DNA of 64,000 nucleotides, from positions 2,304,001 through 2,368,000 of the forward strand of contig OZ245777.1 of assembly GCA_965227775.1 (NCBI GenBank). The letters run 5' to 3'. A program made the translations under genes and the position numbers. Below, in pieces: positions 60,587-64,000 of this stretch; the stretch's first letter is position 1, and every line of letters begins with the position of its first letter. The DNA is from Phycisphaerales bacterium (lineage in GTDB: Bacteria > Planctomycetota > Phycisphaerae > Phycisphaerales > UBA1924). The notes beneath the pieces are model-generated. The model was not told the origin of the DNA, ran no database searches, and saw only the letters and a list, made by a program, of their open reading frames with translations.

Positions 60587-60684
60587 CGATGCCCCCTCTC
60601 TCCCCGGGACCTTCTGGCCGCTGCGGGGAATGTATTAGGGCGAACACTATCGGCATTCGGGATGCAGTCAATCCAGCAGTGCAC

Positions 60685-60711
60685 AAAAAAGCCCCGGCGT
60701 GTTGCCGGGGC
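60685..60711 (-). terminator. Rho-independent terminator after the 40-aa ORF
   Basis: Minus strand GCCCCGGC-AACAC-GCCGGGGC-TTTTTT. Confidence 0.85.
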
Positions 60712-60738
60712 CCAGGGGAGAGTCGCGCTGAGGCACGC

Positions 60739-60861
60739 TCAGGCGGTCGCCACCAGCAGCGTCAGGATGGCGCCAGCGAGGATGAGGCCCCCAAGGGCCC
60801 ACCGGGTGGCGACGTTGAGGCTGCAGGCGGTGGTGACGGGTGCTGCGATGATGTTCTTCAT
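60739..60861 (-). CDS. Putative 40-aa hydrophobic peptide MKNIIAAPVTTACSLNVATRWALGGLILAGAILTLLVATA
   Basis: AAGGAG RBS, upstream sigma70-like promoter, GC3-rich codons, own terminator. Confidence 0.7.
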   Translation of the reverse strand: MKNIIAAPVTTACSLNVATRWALGGLILAGAILTLLVATA

Positions 60862-60905
60862 GGTGAACGCTCCTTGACTGGATTGCCGAGAAACGGACTC
60901 GTACA

Positions 60906-60961
60906 GTTCGCTATAGTGTACGATTGTTACTATCGTCGGTCAAGTGTTCGCAATAGAGAAC
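60906..60961. promoter_or_regulatory. Two imperfect palindromic operators (60906-60921, 60946-60961) overlapping or flanking a minus-strand promoter TTGACC-17-TACACT (60943-60915)
   Basis: GTTCGCTATAGTGTAC and GTTCGCAATAGAGAAC, 40 bp apart, between divergent genes. Confidence 0.7.
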
Positions 60962-60967
60962 TATTCG

Positions 60968-61576
60968 ATGACCAAGAGAACCGCCCCGACGCCCGAGCCT
61001 GCCACGTCCGACATTGGTGGTTCCGTGCGGGCCAAGCGTGAGCAGATGGGCATGACCCAGGCGGAGCTCGCCCGCCGCAGCGGGGTCAGCAAGGCCATGC
61101 TCTGCGATGTGGAAGCCGATCGAAAGAACCCGACGATCAGGCTGCTGGGCCAGATCGCCCTGGGCCTGGGCTGCGGCATCTCGGACCTTCTTGACCTGGA
61201 AGACAAGCCCGTCTTCACGGTCGATCGGGCGAAAGACCAGCGGGTGCTGGTCGACCCCGAGAACCAGATGGAACGACGGATCTTGAGCCGCACGCTGGTG
61301 AAGCAAGGCGTGGAGGTGTTGCACTACACCTATCCGGTGGGAAGCGATTGCGAGGGCTTCCCGCCCCATCCGCCAGGAAGCCTGGAGACGGCGTACGTGC
61401 TCGACGGCAAGGTGCGGCTCGAGGTTGGCGGCGAGCCCATCGAACTGGCGGCGGGTGATGCGGCGACGTATCGCGCCGATCTGGAGCACTCCACGACCAA
61501 CCTCGGCAAGAAGGCGGCGAAGATCATCTACGTGACGCACATCCCACGGCAGCAGGTCAAATCGCCGGGCAGTTAG
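60968..61576 (+). CDS. XRE-family HTH regulator with C-terminal cupin domain
   Basis: MTQAELARRSGVSKAML..VE...NPTI..L..IA HTH; PH..G..E..YVLDG...GD...Y.AD..H cupin. Confidence 0.93.
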   Translation: MTKRTAPTPEPATSDIGGSVRAKREQMGMTQAELARRSGVSKAMLCDVEADRKNPTIRLLGQIALGLGCGISDLLDLEDKPVFTVDRAKDQRVLVDPENQMERRILSRTLVKQGVEVLHYTYPVGSDCEGFPPHPPGSLETAYVLDGKVRLEVGGEPIELAAGDAATYRADLEHSTTNLGKKAAKIIYVTHIPRQQVKSPGS

Positions 61577-63036
61577 CGGAGCCCGTATTCACGCAGCTTG
61601 CGATAGAGCGTGCGTTCGCCGATGCCCAGGAGCTTGGCGGCCTGCTCGCGGTTGCCGCCGGTGAGGCGGAGGGTCTCGCGGATGGCGCGCTTCTCGATCT
61701 GCTCGAGGCTGGTGCCGGCGAGCGTGCCGGATGCGGCGCCGGCTTCTCCCTCGTCCTCGCCTGCGCGCACTTCGGGGGGGATGTGGCGGACTTCCAGCCG
61801 AGCCGCCGCGTCTTCGGCGGTCTCGCCGATCGCGGTGACGACCATGTTCTGGATGACGTTCAGGAGCTGGCGGACGTTGCCGGGCCAGTCGTACGCCGTG
61901 AGACGCATCAAGGCGGCGTCGCTGATTTCTGGAGCGGGCTGGGACAGCTGGTCGGCGAATCGGGCGGCGGCGTGTTGGGCGATGCGGGGGATGTCCTCGC
62001 GGCGTTCACGCAGCGGTGGTACGTGCACGTGGGCGCCGTTGATTCGGAAGTAGAGGTCCTCGCGGAAGGTGCCCTCCGTGATCATCTTGCGGAGGTCCTT
62101 GTTGGTGGCGCTGACGAAGCGGACGTCGGTCTTGCGGGGGTCGTTGCTGCCCAGGCGGACGACCTCGCCGGTCTCGAGCACGCGCAGCAGCTTGGCCTGC
62201 ATGCTCATGGGCATGTCGCCAATCTCATCGAGAAAGAGCGTGCCGTTGTTGGCGTACTCGAACACGCCCTCGCGGTCCTTCTCGGCGCCCGTGAATGCGC
62301 CGCGGACGTGGCCGAAGAGCTGATCTTCAAGAAGGCTCTCGCTTTGGCCCGCGCAGTTGAAGGCGACGTAGCGCTTTGCCGAGCGGGGCGAATTCTTATG
62401 CACGGCGCTGGCGATGAGTTCTTTGCCCGTGCCGCTCTCGCCCGTGATGAGCACGGCGATGTTGGATGGGGCGACTGTGCGCACGGTCTTGACGATCCGT
62501 CGCATTGGCTCGCTGCCGGCGATGAGGCCCTCGAAGCCGTCGTGCTGGACGAGGTCGCCGAGATCGCCCGACTCCTGGCGGAGTAGCACGGCTTCGGCGG
62601 CGCGGTTGATCAGGCTGCGGAAGACGGCCAGGTCGAGCGGCTTCTCGATAAAGTCGTATGCGCCCTCTTTGAACGCGTTGCGAGCGGTCGAGACGTCGCC
62701 ATGGGCGGTGACCATGACGGTCTCGGCGTCGGGCTGCAGGGCGCGAGCCGCTCGCAGGACAAGAAGGCCCGCGTCTGCACCTTCTGGACCAACGGCGGCG
62801 TCATCGTGGGCCTGCTGGCCGGCGGAGGTCGGCATGCGCAGGTCGGTCACGACCACGTCGAAGGCGCCACCCTTGAGCTCGTCCATGGCTTCGGCGACCG
62901 AGCCGACGATGGTGCACACGTGGCCGGGCTTGCGCAGCGCCTCGGCCATGGTGTCTGCGTGGTCGGGCTCGTCCTCGACGATCAGCACCTGGGCGGCCGG
63001 CGTTGCGGTTTTGGGGTTGTTGTCGGCGATGGCCAT
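61573..63036 (-). CDS. Sigma-54-dependent response regulator (NtrC family)
   Basis: Receiver domain (VEDE, TDLRMP, KP), GESGTGKE, GAFTGA, FREDLYFR, WPGNVR, Fis-type HTH. Confidence 0.95.
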   Translation of the reverse strand: MAIADNNPKTATPAAQVLIVEDEPDHADTMAEALRKPGHVCTIVGSVAEAMDELKGGAFDVVVTDLRMPTSAGQQAHDDAAVGPEGADAGLLVLRAARALQPDAETVMVTAHGDVSTARNAFKEGAYDFIEKPLDLAVFRSLINRAAEAVLLRQESGDLGDLVQHDGFEGLIAGSEPMRRIVKTVRTVAPSNIAVLITGESGTGKELIASAVHKNSPRSAKRYVAFNCAGQSESLLEDQLFGHVRGAFTGAEKDREGVFEYANNGTLFLDEIGDMPMSMQAKLLRVLETGEVVRLGSNDPRKTDVRFVSATNKDLRKMITEGTFREDLYFRINGAHVHVPPLRERREDIPRIAQHAAARFADQLSQPAPEISDAALMRLTAYDWPGNVRQLLNVIQNMVVTAIGETAEDAAARLEVRHIPPEVRAGEDEGEAGAASGTLAGTSLEQIEKRAIRETLRLTGGNREQAAKLLGIGERTLYRKLREYGLR

Positions 63037-63042
63037 GGACGC

Positions 63043-63546
63043 TCAGGGTAGTGGGGCGGCCTGGGTGTGTCGCAGCAGCCCGCCGGCGGCGATGGCGATC
63101 GCGTCGGCGACGTCGGCGGGCGTGGGTGGCGCGGGCAGGTCGTAGCGGGCCTGGACTGCGAGCCGCATTTGTTCCTTGGTTGCGCGCCCGAAGCCGGTCA
63201 TCGATCGCTTTACCACGGCCGGCGAGAGCTCCATGATCGGCAGCCCTGCACGCTTGGCGGTCAGCAGGATGACGCCCCGCGCGTGGCCCATGCTGATGGC
63301 GGTGGCCGGAAAGGCCTTATGGGCGAAGACGGCCTCGACGCAGGCGGCGTCGGGCTTGATCTGCTCGATCAGGTCTTGCAGATCGGCCTCGAGCTCGACC
63401 AGGCGGGTTGCGAGGCCATCGGGCGTGCCGTCGCCGCGCTTCAGGCGGAGGACACCGGCTTCGTCGAGGGCGTCTCGACCGTTCCGCAGGGCCACGCATG
63501 CGTAGCCGGTCAGGCGGAGTCCGGGATCGAGGCCGAGGACGCGCAT
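63043..63546 (-). CDS. ruvC: Holliday junction resolvase RuvC
   Basis: MRVLGLDPG, VEAVF, GHARGV, G.GRATKEQ, DVADAIAIA. Confidence 0.95.
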   Translation of the reverse strand: MRVLGLDPGLRLTGYACVALRNGRDALDEAGVLRLKRGDGTPDGLATRLVELEADLQDLIEQIKPDAACVEAVFAHKAFPATAISMGHARGVILLTAKRAGLPIMELSPAVVKRSMTGFGRATKEQMRLAVQARYDLPAPPTPADVADAIAIAAGGLLRHTQAAPLP

Positions 63547-63548
63547 GC

Positions 63549-64000
63549 TCAAGCTTTCGGCTGTTGGGGCTGGTTTTCCGCAACGGGGTGTTCGCCGGCG
63601 TAGTTGGTTTGCCAGTGCACCAAGGCCTTCACCATGCAATCGCACTCGAGGTTCACGCCATCGTTGGGCTTGAGATCGCCCAGCGTCGTTCGCGTGAGCG
63701 TATCGGGAATCAGGGCGACCTCGAACCAGCCCTCTTCAACCGACAACTCGGCGATGGTGAGCGAGACGCCCGAGACGCAGATCGATCCACGCGGGCTGAT
63801 GTACGGCATCAGGTGGGCCGGCGGCTTCATGCGAATCCGCCGTTGGGGCTGCTCGACCACACTGAGTACATTAGCGACCGCGTCGACGTGCCCCTGGACG
63901 AGGTGGCCGCCGAGCAGGGTCGTGGGCGTGCAGGATCGCTCCAAGTGCACGCGATCGTCTGCCTTGAGGCCGCCGAGCGTGGTGTTGTCGAGCGTCTGAT
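63549..64000 (-). CDS. ribE: Riboflavin synthase (alpha chain), 5'-truncated by the window edge
   Basis: TL..TTLG..V.LER, GGHLVQGHVD, GSI.V.GVSLT, IP.TL..TTLG..VNLECD. Confidence 0.92.
   Translation of the reverse strand, partial: QTLDNTTLGGLKADDRVHLERSCTPTTLLGGHLVQGHVDAVANVLSVVEQPQRRIRMKPPAHLMPYISPRGSICVSGVSLTIAELSVEEGWFEVALIPDTLTRTTLGDLKPNDGVNLECDCMVKALVHWQTNYAGEHPVAENQPQQPKA

Overview
High-GC chromosomal window, most likely from a Planctomycetota (Phycisphaerales-like) bacterium. This is inferred from C-terminal 'GC-type' dockerin-like domains, a TIGR02999-type ECF sigma factor/Ser-Thr kinase pair, a planctomycete-style SecE and several CxxC..CPECG membrane proteins. It is mostly core genome: pyrE, metG, sixA, hisS, nuoG, nusG-secE-tRNA-Trp, a Fur-family gene, cysS, lpxI, a tlyA-like gene, obgE, ybaB, dnaX, a pilT-pilC-pseudopilin cluster, rnhA, purL, an NtrC-type regulator, ruvC and a partial riboflavin synthase, mixed with lineage-specific exported proteins. 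I saw no rRNA, CRISPR array, integrase or transposase. Best leads: (1) a probable programmed -1 frameshift at the end of dnaX with polarity opposite to E. coli, where the shift makes the long product; (2) ~0.5-kb in-frame low-GC patches inside hisS and purL, with a local C-to-G skew flip near the purL patch; (3) an unannotated cluster of three tiny ORFs divergent from an XRE-cupin regulator, with paired palindromic operators; (4) a candidate anti-Shine-Dalgarno sRNA upstream of nuoG; (5) a window-wide leaderless-mRNA signature. All family assignments are from motif recognition by eye. No database searches were run, and GC/skew counts are hand counts.
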